64,000 nt of DNA from Phoronis australis (GCA_002633005.1 NMRA01000269.1:407169-471168); one strand, 5' to 3'; shown: positions 28,833 through 41,988, counted from the stretch's first letter. The notes: generated from the sequence alone by a model not told the origin. Made by a program: numbers and translations.

Positions 28833-30941
28833 GATAATACTTAACCATAATGTACAGGTGCACATAACCAATGTGATAAGGGTACGCACTATATTCTGTT
28901 GACAAAGATTATACATTTACATAAGCATACCGACAGAATTTATATGATAAAATCGTACCAATTTTAGACAAAATTGATTATTCAAATTAACCTTATCCCA
29001 ATCTTCTAGGGTTCTATAACATGGCTGTGAGTGTCCACATTTTTACAAATATCACCTTATGTTAGCTAAAATACAGAAATTAAAAACGATAAAGCGTCAA
29101 TTTGGTTCGACATATTTTTTACGAAAAATGAAAAACAATATTTCACTTGCCCATACTGTGCCCTAAACTAGGGAGATTTTACGAAAATTACTGAGGTGAA
29201 AATTAAATTGTGACAATCTCTATACCAGAACTCTACGCGGAATTTTAAAACTAACCGCTAAGGCTCGGAGACAGTCTGGGTCTATTGCACAGAAACCCTG
29301 CGTGGCAATAGAGCTTAGGCCCATGTAGAATTTTTTATTCAATACAAAATCACTGCTCCTTCAAAAACGCTCGAAAAAGTTGATTTCTCCCAACACCTTG
29401 TCAAGGCATACAACTTGCATCCTGGCTGATAGGTCACCAAATGTGGAGTGCTCGCAAGCTAGAATCGCTCCGCAGCACTCTAAAATTGATTTGTTCTCAG
29501 GACGAGTTTCGTCATTGTTGCAGAATTCTGTCTACTATCGAGTTGCCTTCGTAATCGCTTCCATTGATGCATTTCCGTGATAAAAAGTGTTTTTACCCTG
29601 ACATTGTAAGCTACAAGTCTTCTCGCTCGGACCACCTGTGCTTTCCAAGTGTAAATGCTAATTTTATCAAAGGATGAACCGTTATTCAATCAAATGCAAT
29701 CCCGAGCTGAACATCCCAGTGAGTTGAATGTATCAGTAAAGCTATCTTGTGAAAAAAAGATCAATTCCTTCAGCCCATCGTAAAGAGTTTGGTCAGAGGC
29801 AATTGCGTTCAGGCAACATATGTAACAGATTCCATCAACCCTACTCTACAACAGCACAACCACTGGCCAACATTACAAATGTGTGTATTGATTAGACACT
29901 TCAATACACACAGGAAGCAAAACACTGTCCTGATGTCACTGAAAACAACCACAATAAAAGACACATCCACATGGTATGAGAACAACATGAAAGCAGGAAG
30001 CGACACCAGACAAGGAGAGTCAGAAATCAAAACAAAAAGCACGAAACCATTTTCATCTTTCTCGTTAGCTTAGCTGAACAGAATCGAAAAACACCGACTA
30101 CAATCGCTCAACGCTGAACGGGGAAAAACAAAGCCAGTTTTGTTGCTTCTGAAACTGTCTGACTCAGTTCTGCCACAAGATAGCGCTAGTGAATGGCTGG
30201 TAAGGCACTCGATAGGTGATTGATGCTGCCAGACAATTGCTGCGGTGTTTGTATTGAACTTGTGATTGTTAATAGTACAGGCAGATATCAAACAACCATT
30301 GCCACAGGCTTTTGTTCACAAACTGGGTTAAGTAGGGCAACCAGGGAATTGGCGATAACAAAGCGAACATAATACGAAAAAATCAAAATATACAAGTGAA
30401 ATAGCTGGTAATAATTAGCGTACCACACACTAACAGGAAAGACATGTAACCAGATAATGACACACTTATGAAGACACCGTAATTCTTCACCAATTTAGCA
30501 AATAAATGAAATATCATTTTGCCAAATTTCCAAACAAAAACAAAAATCATCTTGTTTTTGGCTGTTAGTACTGCATACTTATCAAAAAACGTTTGGCAAA
30601 GTTTCTACTGTTTGAAGCAATCATCCTTAAAAAACACAAAACTAACAATTTTGCCAAATATTTTTGTGCGGTGAAATACGTGAAGATTTATCGAACTATA
30701 GTTGATTGTGCAACTAGTGTTGATTTTCCTTTTAGACGGGGGAGAGGGGGTGCAAAGCGATGAGATTTACTTGTGAGGGAAAGGTATGGAGATCACGACC
30801 CTTACTTGTAATGCATGGCTAAACAGGCAAAGCACTAGCCAGACTCCACACAACCAGCAATATGAGATCTGAATTTGAAAAACGTAGTCTGCTCAACGGT
30901 TACTACATCGCCGTCACAAAACAAGTACATCGAGAACATAC

Positions 30942-31031
30942 CTGTTGATTTTGGGAGAATTGAAAGTGTGGCGCCTCTTCTTTGCGAGGTGTCTGTATGC
31001 CAGTCAGTGGGGGGTCTATGCTCTTCATTTC
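30942..31031 (-). CDS. AFF4: AFF family exon D, 90 nt, phase 0-0: EMKSIDPPLTGIQTPRKEEAPHFQFSQNQQ
   Basis: Acceptor ttttttcacgtgcag|GAA and donor CAG|gtatgt. EM...PPLTGIQTP..F.F matches AFF4 EMTHSWPPPLTAIHTP..FPF. Lies inside ORF 30903..31175. Confidence 0.92.
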
Positions 31032-31199
31032 CTGCACGTGAAAAAACATCTTGAGGTGATTAACATCGTTTTCCTTAGAACGTGACCACAAACAATGCCT
31101 CTCATTTTGTATTACATAACCATAAGGATGCATTGCGTAAAAGTTTGCGGGTTGGAATTTTTGTCTGTCAATCAATTCTACAGGTGATTAGTGTAATGG

Positions 31200-31371
31200 G
31201 CGGCCTACGCACGTCTGCTACAACGTGTACCAGACAGCCTGCGCGGCCTACGCACGTCTGCTACAACGTGTACCAGACAGCCTGCGCGGCCTACGCACGT
31301 CTGCTACAACGTGTACCAGACAGCCTGCGCGGCCTACGCACGTCTGCTACAACGTGTACCAGACAGCCTGC
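31200..31371. repeat. Minisatellite, 4 identical copies of a 43-bp unit
   Basis: Unit GCGGCCTACGCACGTCTGCTACAACGTGTACCAGACAGCCTGC x4, no spacers. Confidence 0.97.
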
Positions 31372-31611
31372 AATTATTTTTTTATAATTCTACAGTTTCA
31401 AAAATATCACAGCTTTACGATAAGCATAAACCTGTGAAAGACAGTTCTTGCAAGACATCATGTTTTTGATACCAACTATTGTGTTAGGTCTGTTTTAAAC
31501 TAGAAAGATGGAACAATTCAAGCAACAATAAATCCGCGCTTTCCGTCAAGAAACAAGATTTTATTTACGCCATTTATCGTTATAAAACTGGTCTTGTCTA
31601 GTTCCTCACTC

Positions 31612-31722
31612 GGTCCCAAATTATTCCTAGTCAAACTAAGTGTGTGATTTCTGGGCTCTGGAAGAACTGACACCAGAGCCCAGAAATCACACACTTAGTT
31701 TGACTAGGAATAATTTGGGACC
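31612..31722. repeat. Perfect inverted repeat: 50-bp arms, 11-nt loop
   Basis: 31612-31661 GGTCCCAAATTATTCCTAGTCAAACTAAGTGTGTGATTTCTGGGCTCTGG is the exact reverse complement of 31673-31722; loop AAGAACTGACA. Confidence 0.97.
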
Positions 31723-32937
31723 AATTTCATACAGTAAGCTGTCTAAATCGAAACTTGTTTTTTACAGAAAGCTCAGGTTTAATGCCGCTTTAAAAACATT
31801 GTAGCATACCTACAGAGGGCATAAATGGTCAGAAGTGAAATACTGAGTAGCTAATTGCTATGTATGAAATTAGTATGTTATAATGAATTGTGCTCTGGAG
31901 ACCTTAAGTTCAAATGAAGATTGCAGCCGAGCTCATTAAGACCAATTGAAAATGACTCAAACTGATTTTCGACAGCAAAAGTCTTTCTTGTTAAATTCTT
32001 TTCAGATGCAACGATGTAAATTACGTAAATACCTCAGTCACTACATATGACAGACGTTTAAGAACACAAAAAAATGTTAGGTGATACGAGAGCACTATGA
32101 TGATGTCATGGAGAGAGATGGGGTACGGATTTTCATAAAGCAAGTACGTAAAATTTTGTACACACAACGTAAACATTTTTCAATTAACATGAACAGCTTC
32201 ATGGTAGCCGCTGAAATCTGGCCCATTCGTAATCGATAATCGGACAGTGTCCAGCAAGCAGTATCAATTATAATGGATAATCGGATTGCGAACCGTGTAC
32301 TGCATATAATGTTAGACACGACTGGATTGGATGGGTACCTGCTGATGTTAAAGTGAATAACAACTGTGCAAGAGTGTAGTCTCAGCTACGATATACAGGA
32401 ATTTTAAGACATCATACTACCAAGTTTTGGTTTTGAGTTTGCAAAGAAAACTATCCAATAAATGGGAACATCGTGGAAAAAAATCTTTAGTTTGGTAAGT
32501 CTCTGATGCTAGGACACAAACCATCTAGATATTCATTTTTTGATTTTGTAGATTGGGACATGGGCGATTTTGGCGTTCATCATATACTAAACATTGCACT
32601 TAATATATTACATAGCCAGACCGCTAACTTCAAAGGACACACCTGCAGAGAGACAAGAGGCATTTTTTTATCATCATGGTGGCCAACAGAGAGTGTGTTT
32701 TGAAATTAATTTTCGCTTAAAAAGTGATTTGGGTGGTGAAGAAACAAATTAACTGCTGGCGAAAATGGCCCCTTCACAGACAGCTCGTCTGTCTGGCTAA
32801 CGTTTTTTCTATCGCTTCAGTCGGTGAAACTGTGAGTGTTTAAGCCAACAAAACTGCTAGCGTCTTAGCCACTCACTTGACGCTAATTTTGATGTGAAAG
32901 GACAGTAGACTGGAGGTGATTGAGCTGGGGAATTGAC

Positions 32938-33102
32938 GTCAGAAAACAATGACTGCTGAAAGTGTGTAAGACATCTGAGTTCTGGGATGACACACAGCTG
33001 TAGTCAGGCCTGCAGTGTTAGTCAGAAAAAAATGAGTGCTGAAAGTGTGTGAGACAACTGAGTCCTGGGATGACACACAGCTGTAGTCAGGCTGGCAGTG
33101 TT
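32938..33102. repeat. Tandem duplication, 2 x about 83 bp
   Basis: GTCAGAAAA..ATGA.TGCTGAAAGTGTGT..CTGGGATGACACACAGCTGTAGTCAGGC..GCAGTGTT at 32938 and 33021. Confidence 0.9.
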
Positions 33103-33621
33103 CATGACGTCAGTGATAGCACTGTACAAACAACTGGATGGCAGCAAAGTGAAATTTCTGTGTTCAAACGGCCGTTTTTTACCAACAGCTCTTTTAAGCA
33201 GATAAAAAGCTGATGTTTTCACCTTTCCCATTGGAATATTTGTTGCCAAAATAACTTAACTGTACATTCTCAGTAAATCATTTCCAGGGATGAGATTATA
33301 CATCTTTAAGTGGATGAAAACAGGTCCAATGAAAAAATACCTTGTAGTTCGCATGAACTGCATTTGCACCGGTCATTTTTACTGGTATAACAAACTGGTA
33401 TTAGATGCTATAACAGGGCAAGCTCAAAGATTAATTAGTTTTAAAATAGCATCAAAATGCTTACATGGATGAATGTAACATTTAAGCTTATTTTCACTAT
33501 GCAATAAAAAGAGTAACCCTGCTTCCACAACACACAAGGCAGTCAAACGTGGCCGACATCAAAGAACGACGGCCAATAAAACCTACTAACATGGCAGGTT
33601 TATAACCCCACCTGTGCTTAC

Positions 33622-33666
33622 CTGGAATATGTTCTCCAGTTCCGGTGGCCCACTACCAGCTGGCTT
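33622..33666 (-). CDS. AFF4: AFF family exon C, 45 nt, phase 0-0: KPAGSGPPELENIFQ
   Basis: Acceptor ttttgtttcattgcag| and donor CAG|gtaagc. LENIFQ joined to the next exon's EM gives LENIFQEM, equivalent to AFF VDEILKEM (ELL-binding). Not in the ORF track. Confidence 0.88.
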
Positions 33667-34664
33667 CTGCAATGAAACAAAATCATGACCAACCAAATGA
33701 ACATCAAACTCAATCAGACCTCAGGCTTTCAATGCATTGACCTTTCAATCAATTTACGCAGACAGTCTTGCGACCTCTGCTTCCAGTACAACCGAATACA
33801 GAATTTTCAAAGCAGGCGACAACAAGAAGGTTTGGAATGTTGTGCTGTTTCAAACGCCGTCACTTTCGGTACCACACTGTGAGGTTTCATACGGTATATA
33901 GGCAACACATGCAGCACATAGACGCTGCTATAAAGGCAACAGTCACTCGCAGGGGTACCGGATTTTGAGAACCATTCTGATGCCTGTGACAGCCAGATGT
34001 AAAAATTCATATCGTCCAGAACCCAAAAATTTTCATACCATCGAGATAATAACGGTTAAAATCTCGGTTGGCAGCGTAAAAAAGATTGACAGACATCATA
34101 GCGAAAGGCTGATCAAATTACGCATCTACTTCATGAAACATAAAGAGCAGCGGAACAACAGAGACTATATACAAACATCATTAACTAGCAATAAGTCAGG
34201 CAAGAATTTCTCTGTTCTGAATAAACATTCTAATTTTAGGAAGTTTAGAAATCATGTTTAGTACACGGTGTCAATGAACACCAGCCATACAAGGTGAGAA
34301 TAACATACTTAGAAGTAGCACATGCCACAGATCATGTTTGGTGCGTGCATGGAGTCAATGAACACCAGCCACACAAGATGAGTGTGAAATGATTAGAGGC
34401 ACTACATGACTCAGACCATGATCACAGTACACCATTGACTAGGTTTCTACAAAACCCAACGACCAATTAAGATAACAATCAAACTTCACCAACTTTAATA
34501 TTCACACATTGTATATTACCACTGCAGCTGTCAATATGACCAATTACCGACTCAAAAATATTGACTGCCGGTGAGTTAAAAACTTCTTGATTTGTCCAAA
34601 TGATGTATTATCACATGACCATCAACACTCCTGTCCTCACATTGGCGAAATAAAAAATAATTGG

Positions 34665-34871
34665 AGGCGGTCTGATACACGTACTAGACGTGCGCTCACC
34701 ACGCATGTGGGCCCGTTGGACTTATCACCTGGAACCATTTTTATGCTTTAAAAACCGAGCTGAGGAGCTAGAAACCTGACTCAAGGGTTTAGCAGTGTGA
34801 CCAAGTGGGACTCAAACCCACGACCTCGAGTAAAGAAAGTGGGCACTTATCACATCAGGCCACACTGCCCC
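34665..34871 (-). mobile_element. tRNA-derived SINE remnant
   Basis: Minus-strand head GGGGCAGTGTGGCCTGATGTGATAAG (A-box-like) ... GGTCGTGGGTTTGAGTCCCAC (B-box/T-arm-like). No intact cloverleaf; 3' boundary approximate. Confidence 0.5.
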
Positions 34872-37822
34872 CTCTTGGCTAAAACACTGTACAATGATTT
34901 TTACATTATGTGATGTTGCACGGCTACCCATGTCATATCCCTTTTCACTGTCAGATGGCATGTCAGATGCCTCTATTCGTGATCTGACCAATAACGCGAT
35001 GCTGAAACCATGAACCCCTGATCGTTTTAAACACAGTTATTGAGCAGACAATATAGAGACATTGAAGCAAGAAAAGACATGTTAACGCAACAGACCAATA
35101 AATCAGAGGAAAGAAGCACCAGTGGTTGGTTCATAAAAACAAATATAGTCGGATTCCTCAGGCAAATAATACAAATATGAACCAATCTTAAGGGCATTAT
35201 GAGGTCATACGTGGACTGAGTGAGAACAATGTTGCCTGAGGTCAAACGCAACATTGCTCCGCAGAGGTCTATGTACGCCCGAGGAATCAGTCGATATTTG
35301 TTTTATTATATGATCACTAACGCTTCTTTTCTCTGATTTCTTCGTCCACCATTAGAGTGATATGTTTTTGCCTGCTCTTGTGAGCACACCTAGTAGTCAC
35401 CATCTGCTCGCTTTGTTAGGAAGTGAAGGGAGTCTACCTCATAAAATTAGTATGTTCACATAAAGCGACTCCTCATCTACGAGACTTGAATGAAAAGTGA
35501 TAATCCATAGTTAGCCGGTCAACATCACCTCACAATGGAAGTCACTGCATTTTATTTTAGCCAATCAAGAGGATAGAAGTATCAGAGGTCATGTAATAGC
35601 AGTTTATATGGACCTTGGGAGAGCCATGTTGCCCAAGGTCCAGGTACATAAACAAATATTGACCGGTCCCAAGGGAGATATCTGCCGGTCACAGAGACTC
35701 GAGGAGAGCAATGTTGCCCAATTCCTAAGGCCAGAGGCATCATTGCTCCCCCTCCCTTATCCCCTCCCAAAATGACAGGTGTTTATATTTGCATAAAAGT
35801 TTCCGTAAAGAACATGACCTTGAATCGTCAAACGACACATCCCAAATAACATTTTTTTTGCGAAAAGTCAAGTCTCCAAAATGATTTGAATAGATGCATA
35901 TAGTAACTGTCATTTACAGACACTTACTAGGTTTGTTCTTCTAATCATCATGGAGTTAATTAATGGATGAAGCATCATTGTATACTCTCATTGATTTTAC
36001 TGCAATCGTACTTAGGCATTGTTATCCAGAAACAGAAAACGAGAGCGATCACTCGACAGTCTACTATGGACAGACTGTTGTGGAAACAATACAACCACCC
36101 ATAGACTCAACAATACTTTAGTTTTATCAGTGATAGTTAATGGCATATCAGAATAAATAATTATCAAAGAATGTCCTTTTTGACAAATCAAAGGCTGTGT
36201 TTACATTGATACAAATAACGGAAATTTTGCCAAGTTTTGTTTGTTGTTGCAGGGCAGCTGTGGTGCATAAACAATGCTAATGACAGAATAAATTTTTCAT
36301 ATTTATTGCAGTTGGTTTGCAAAATAAAATCTCACTTTTCCACGAAATTGTACAGAAGTTCCAGCACACCTTGGCAAACATCCAAAGTTTAGGTGAGCCA
36401 GTTCATAAAAAGAGCCAACCAGTGAGAGTGGAGTGTCCTAAATGTTTAAGGTATGATCAAAATCAGGAATACCCTTACAAGATTTTTCCACAGTCCCTCT
36501 GCAATACACAAAACAGCTGTCTGGCCAGTGGGCACCATTATTTACTATGACTATAAAACCAGATCTGCTACAAATCTGACAAACCACAGGAGCGTGGTGA
36601 AAAAACTCAACTGGCACGTACTTCAGTGGAGTCAACACCAGTCAATTTACCAAAGCATGTTAAGAGAGTCCAACTAACCAGTTAACGGGCAGTGTTCTTA
36701 TTGGCTCAAGACTGCAGCCCAGGCCATAGTTCGAACCTGGAGTTTTTTAGACTTCATAATCAAATGTTATAAGAAACCTACGGCAGTAACTACACATTGC
36801 CAAATTGAAGGTTCATAATAGTAGTTCAACAAAAGCTTATAAACTGTCCATTCGTTAGAATCAGTTAGTCGTCTCCCAAAACATTAATGTGACGTTTTTT
36901 GAGATAAAAGGAATTTTTCGAAATCAGCGGATCCGTGAATTCGGACTGTATGGGAACCTTTGAGTGTGCAGCTAAAGGCTCTACTGATCAGCTAAATAGA
37001 TCTCCATAAATGCCAGTCATCAGTGAAAATTGGTGACATGTAATAAAATCGCAACAGATTTCATTGTTTTAATACCTTCAAAACGTCTATCCCATCCAAC
37101 AACAATCATGAAATGTGTTTTTCACCGTAAATTGATACTATCCCTTGAATTCATTACAAGTAAAAGACGGGCAACACAATTACGAACCAGCACACCAAAG
37201 ACCAGGGTAAGGAAAAGGCCCATGTTTTTATCTAGTATTTCTCATGTGAGATTTGCCAAGCGAACTATCACAGAAAAACGACTAAGATTATAAATCAACA
37301 ACCACAAGAATGTGCTACCAAGTGTGATCTCTGATAGGACTGGCATCATGGTGCAGTTAATGACGCTACCTAGTGGCGAAACATAAAACTAAACTTCAGA
37401 CAGGGACAGTAACCACAAATCCAAAAAGACAAATGAGATTATGCAGTCGCATGATTTTGGTCTTGAAAATAAAATTCATTGAGCAGATCATTGAAGACAA
37501 ATGTTGTGTAAACATCATGAGTGTCCGGTTTGTAGGAGTTGGCACCAAAATCAATACACATTAATAATAGACGTGCAGACAATATCAGTTTTTCCTTTAC
37601 TTGAAACAAGATTAAGTGCACATTTGTGATACATCCTGTCCATAAAAACAGTGGGTTCATCCTGGCTAGAGCTGTGTTCGATATTTCCTAGTCGCTTTTT
37701 TACAAAGAAGCTTATTGGCCAAGACCACCCAGACAGTTTCAAGCTGAGCGAGCACTGCCTATCACAACAGGTTGACAGAATACCAATTTGCACCTCAACA
37801 GAATAGAACACAACCATTGCAT

Positions 37823-38344
37823 AAGGTTATGCAGAACCTTATGGATTTGAACCCAATATCTAGAAAACTAAAAATTTGAACTCGGTAAAAATATATCATA
37901 GGAAGCATCATAGACAACGTGTATAATTTGATTTTTTTCTCATACAAATCTGCTATTTATTGGGTTATGTGATCGATCATGTCTTTAGTAGTAAAATTGA
38001 GCAAACAAGAGAGGTACGTCCAAAGCAAAACAAGACCCAATTGCGTTTGTTGCGTACATGTTCAAGATGAAATCTCAAAAATGCTGCAACAGTTTACTAG
38101 AGCATCATCTCGTTTTAATTTCATGCAGCTATTGCATTTTTTCAACAAAATCATAAAAGTCCTATTTTTGATAGCCCCTCATGCAAAAGTGGAAAATTTT
38201 AAAACCAATACCTAACAGCGTTTTGGAGAACAGTGCACAGTTCTATCTCAAAGTTTCATACGAATCCGATCAGCCCTACCTGAGTTATGACGTCCTGAAG
38301 TTTGCCAAATTTGGCCATCTTTCGAGGCTCCTACGTAACCTTTA
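37823..38344. mobile_element. Kolobok-like non-autonomous element, family E
   Basis: Termini TAAGGTTATGCAG and CTACGTAACCTTTAA. Core TTCAAGATGAAATCTCAAAAATGCTG..TTGATAGCC..AAAGTGGAA..CCAAATTTG is shared with 16320-16655, 28342-28832 (reverse) and 50900-51155 (reverse). Confidence 0.6.
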
Positions 38345-39113
38345 AGAACGAATCTCAGACCGATGCTCATAAAGGATGAAGAGAATTTGGAGGGGGGAGA
38401 AGGTATTCTGTCAATGTTGAAGCTAACATAACCGTATAGTCATGCAGTTTATTAAAGTGGTTTGTGACTGTATACGGCTGAATTTACGTTGACTGCTGTT
38501 TTGTTCTTTATAAGAGCGTAGTGCCGCATTCGCAGCCCCGTGTCTACGGCCATCTTAGCAAAGACAGGGCGAATGGCGATTGGCAAAAAAGAACCCTGGG
38601 GAGACGATCTGTCCAAATGCACTGAAAGGCTAAGACAACGGCTTATTTAAAGGTAGGGTAGTTCAACAGGAATATAAGCACAAGTGTTAGTAATCCGGCA
38701 ATGAATGCCATTGATGGTCATTAGAAATCAATACACGGAAAACACTTCAGTGACAACAAGACTAAATCAACTTGTAGTGAGAAAGAGTCACCAGTAGGCA
38801 GGATGTGATTTGGAAAGTAGAACTAACAAGTAAACCATGTCGACCAAATGAACTATACCGGTTAAGCTTCAATAACCCACGACATGGGAAGCAATGCATA
38901 ATAATAACCTCCCTCCCTCCCCCCCCCCTGTACCCTGGCTAGGACACGGGTACTGAACATTCAGTCCTTCACGCAGACTTACATACTTTTCTGGAGTCTT
39001 TGCTCAGCACATTGGCTGCACTGATGGCCCTCAAGTACATTGACAAGAGATAAGTGTTCCGCAGGAAATCACTTTGCCATAATAATAAGGAAACCTTAAT
39101 TAATGTCTCTCCA

Positions 39114-39834
39114 TAAACACAGGTAAAATTAAGGTAGGTTCATCCATACCCCTGTCAGCACACTGGTTAATTCCAGAAGAAGATTCCTGTACCTCTATAT
39201 CCTTGGTTCATTCTACCCACCATCATGAATTATTGTTTGGTTGTGCTCAGCTAAGCCGGGCAGAGTAATTGGCTTCTGACCATAATAAATGTTATGGGCC
39301 TTTTGCATTACCCATTTAGTACCTGGACTACGGTAAAGTCGCGTGATTTTCGGACACTGAAAATTAATTCCAATAGAAAAAATTCATTCTTGGACGAATC
39401 TCGCGAAATATCATTTTGTGGTGTCCGAATTTGGCGGACCTCCAAATTTGGGTTTCCGCTAGTGTCCGAATTTCGTGGGTGTACATTATTTCGATGAGCG
39501 GTCGTAGTATCAACAATGCTGGCTCGGTCATTTGATAGCAGTATAATTGCAGGTAAATGAGACTCAAATGGTCTGAGCGATTAATTTTTGAAAATCTGGC
39601 TTTCCCAATAAGAAATNTAAACACAGGTAAGATTAAGGTAGGTTCATCCATACCCCTTTCAGCACACTGGTTAATTCCAGAAGAAGATTCCTGTACCTCT
39701 ATATCCTTGGTTCATTCCACCCACCATCATGAATTATTGTTTGGTTGTGCTCAGCTAAGCTGGGCAGAGTAATTGGCTTCTGACCAAAATAAATGTTATG
39801 GGCCTTTTGCATTACCCATTTAGTACCTGGACTA
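39114..39834. other. 217-bp near-identical duplicate (39114-39330 and 39618-39834) across a single N; probable uncollapsed haplotypes
   Basis: About 5 substitutions by eye; the second copy starts immediately after N39617. Confidence 0.8.
39331..39616. mobile_element. Left part of a TA-inserted Tc1/mariner-pogo-like element, truncated at N
   Basis: Begins TA|CGGTAAAGTCGCG exactly where the duplicate copy continues without it; internal TTCGGACAC/GTGTCCGAA inverted subterminal repeats. Confidence 0.6.
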
Positions 39835-40914
39835 ACATTCTTTCTCAACCACAAGAATTTTAGACTCAATGTAAAATTTTGACCGGTCTAAATTTAGTAC
39901 AGTACTAAAGTTAGTACACTTGAAACGACTGGATTAGCGAGTGACTCAAGTTGGTCCCAATAGGTAGGCACAATGTGAAAGGTTTGATCCATTTTCTCGA
40001 CCGTCCTAAATTATCTCCTCACTTCGCGTAAGTGCCAGTTCTTCCCGCCATTTCGCGCATTCTCAGCGTTGCTGCTATTTTTGTCTACCCACTGTTCAGC
40101 GTACAATCTTAAACTAAAAAATGTCTCAAAATGAGAATAAAAATGGCATTTGGTTGTCAGATGAAAGGGAGATACTTAGTATTAAGCATCTGGAGCGACA
40201 TCTGGTGTTAAGTACGATGAAGCTTCTAAGTTAGGATGGTGGAATGCTAGTCCTGTCAAGTGAGAAAGATGACAACTTGGTACAGTAGGTTACCACGGTG
40301 ATCTACAATATATTCCCAATGCAAACCAGTCAGTACTAACTCTAAGGCCAAAGCAGCTTTAGCCCCAGTTTTATGACAGGCCACTAAACAGAATACACAA
40401 ATTCAATTACAGAGCTAGTCAAGTATGCACACTTAGCCTTTGTGCACAAACCCTGACTCAGTTAAGGGCAGCATACTAGAATTTTATTCTATCAGGCTTG
40501 GTAGTCGTATTGTTTGCACTCAAACAAGGCAGTTGAAAGGCCTTGCACCAACTTCTAACAGGAGTCAAATGAGTGCTATCAACTACGGTAGAATCTCACC
40601 AATTGAGGGTACAATACGGTGGACACAGGTAAAATTTGAGAGATGTGCAGTATCCCATGGTGTTTCAATTTCCAGTTGTGCACCAGAGCATAGCGATCAG
40701 ACAATGCTTTGAAAAACAGTGGTCATTCACAACAAAAAAACGACAACAATAACATTAGATACCCTTGAAGAATTAAACAAGGCCTATTTCGTTGCGAGAT
40801 GTTATCATTTAAACAAACACTCACAAATCACGATCATCCTCTGTCAGTTTGCACGGTGTTAAACTTGACAAAACAGAGCGCTAGAATGACTGCATAGCAA
40901 GGCAAGAATACAGG

Positions 40915-41052
40915 GTAGAGTTCAGTTACGCTAGGACCTCGCTAAAAAGCATTAGACATCACGAGATTACGCGAGACAGTGTCGTGTATTTTAAATGAGA
41001 ACAGGCAATTTTGGCTATATTTTAGCGAGGTCTTAGCTTTACTGAACTCTAC
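40915..41052. mobile_element. About 135-bp fold-back MITE, family C
   Basis: GTAGAGTTCAGTTACGCTAGGACCTCGCTAAAA ... TTTTAGCGAGGTCTTAGCTTTACTGAACTCTAC; related copies at 17953-18074 and 56438-56574. Confidence 0.8.
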
Positions 41053-41988
41053 TCAGAATGGTAATGTATGCTGAAATTGTAAACCTTTTCTGTGGAGCCT
41101 TCATACAACCAACAGGAATTACAATAAACAACAACATGGCAATAGTAATCCGAAAGGTCGAAAGGTCACTGGAGTTGGGTGAATGTGAACCAAAAGTGTC
41201 AGAATTCACTTTATTAGAATATGTTAAATTGGAAACTTGCTTACAAAAAAATTACAAGCTCAAACAGAGTTGCGGTTGAACAGACCTTCCGGGAAGCAAG
41301 TGGTAAGACTCCCTCTTGATTAACCATACTCCCAAACCGTGAGAAAATTGGAAACACAAATGACACAGCACACGCAGGCTAGACATGGACACCATTTTGT
41401 AGTAATACTAAGTAACTACATTACCATAGATTACATCTTACACTATTCTTAATCAGAAGGTGTCATAATGTCTTTCTTTCCATACCGGAGTTAAAGCAGT
41501 AAGGAGCCCATGAATTCTGTCAAAAAAACATCTTTGGGCTTAGTTCATTTATGGTTAAAAAATCAGTCTCATTACACGATAAAATGAAACTTCCCCAATT
41601 CTGTTATTTTGTCATAAAATTTTGTTTTTCTGTTCTTTGCATGTTTCTCTGATCACACTTTTTTGTTTGTTTCACTGTTCGCGCGGTACATGACGCATGT
41701 AGTATCCGATCAATATGCGACATGTGAATGGCTCAAAGCCCATTGTTTTTGGTTAACACTGGAAGTAAGATGGCAATATTCCAGCCGTTTTTTCCTATTT
41801 TTGTTTGCAAAGCCAAATAACCAATGCCTCTGGAAAGATTTTTCAGATTTTTTGTTGATAGATCATTTTACAGGCAATCGGAAATGTGGCATTTGTTTTT
41901 CTCTAAGTCTTTCTGTTCTCGGGTTATTAAAAAATTTCCGATGACTGCTCTCCAACTAATTGAGTTTTTGAGCCGCATTACGTGCAGT

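Noticed and set aside
31200-31371. CRISPR-like array
   Set aside because: Units are contiguous with no unique spacers, there are no cas genes and the context is a eukaryotic intron. It is a minisatellite, and ORFs 31082..31387 and 31225..31437 are artefacts of it.
31803-31825. tgccctctgtAG|GTATGC sharing a 14-mer with the 63.2-kb site
   Set aside because: It lies in a short intron with a weak pyrimidine tract and donor, so it is probably chance. It is a caution that the 63.2-kb motif could be repeat-derived.
34795-34871. Functional tRNA gene
   Set aside because: A- and B-box-like motifs are present but there is no intact cloverleaf or terminator; treated as a SINE head.
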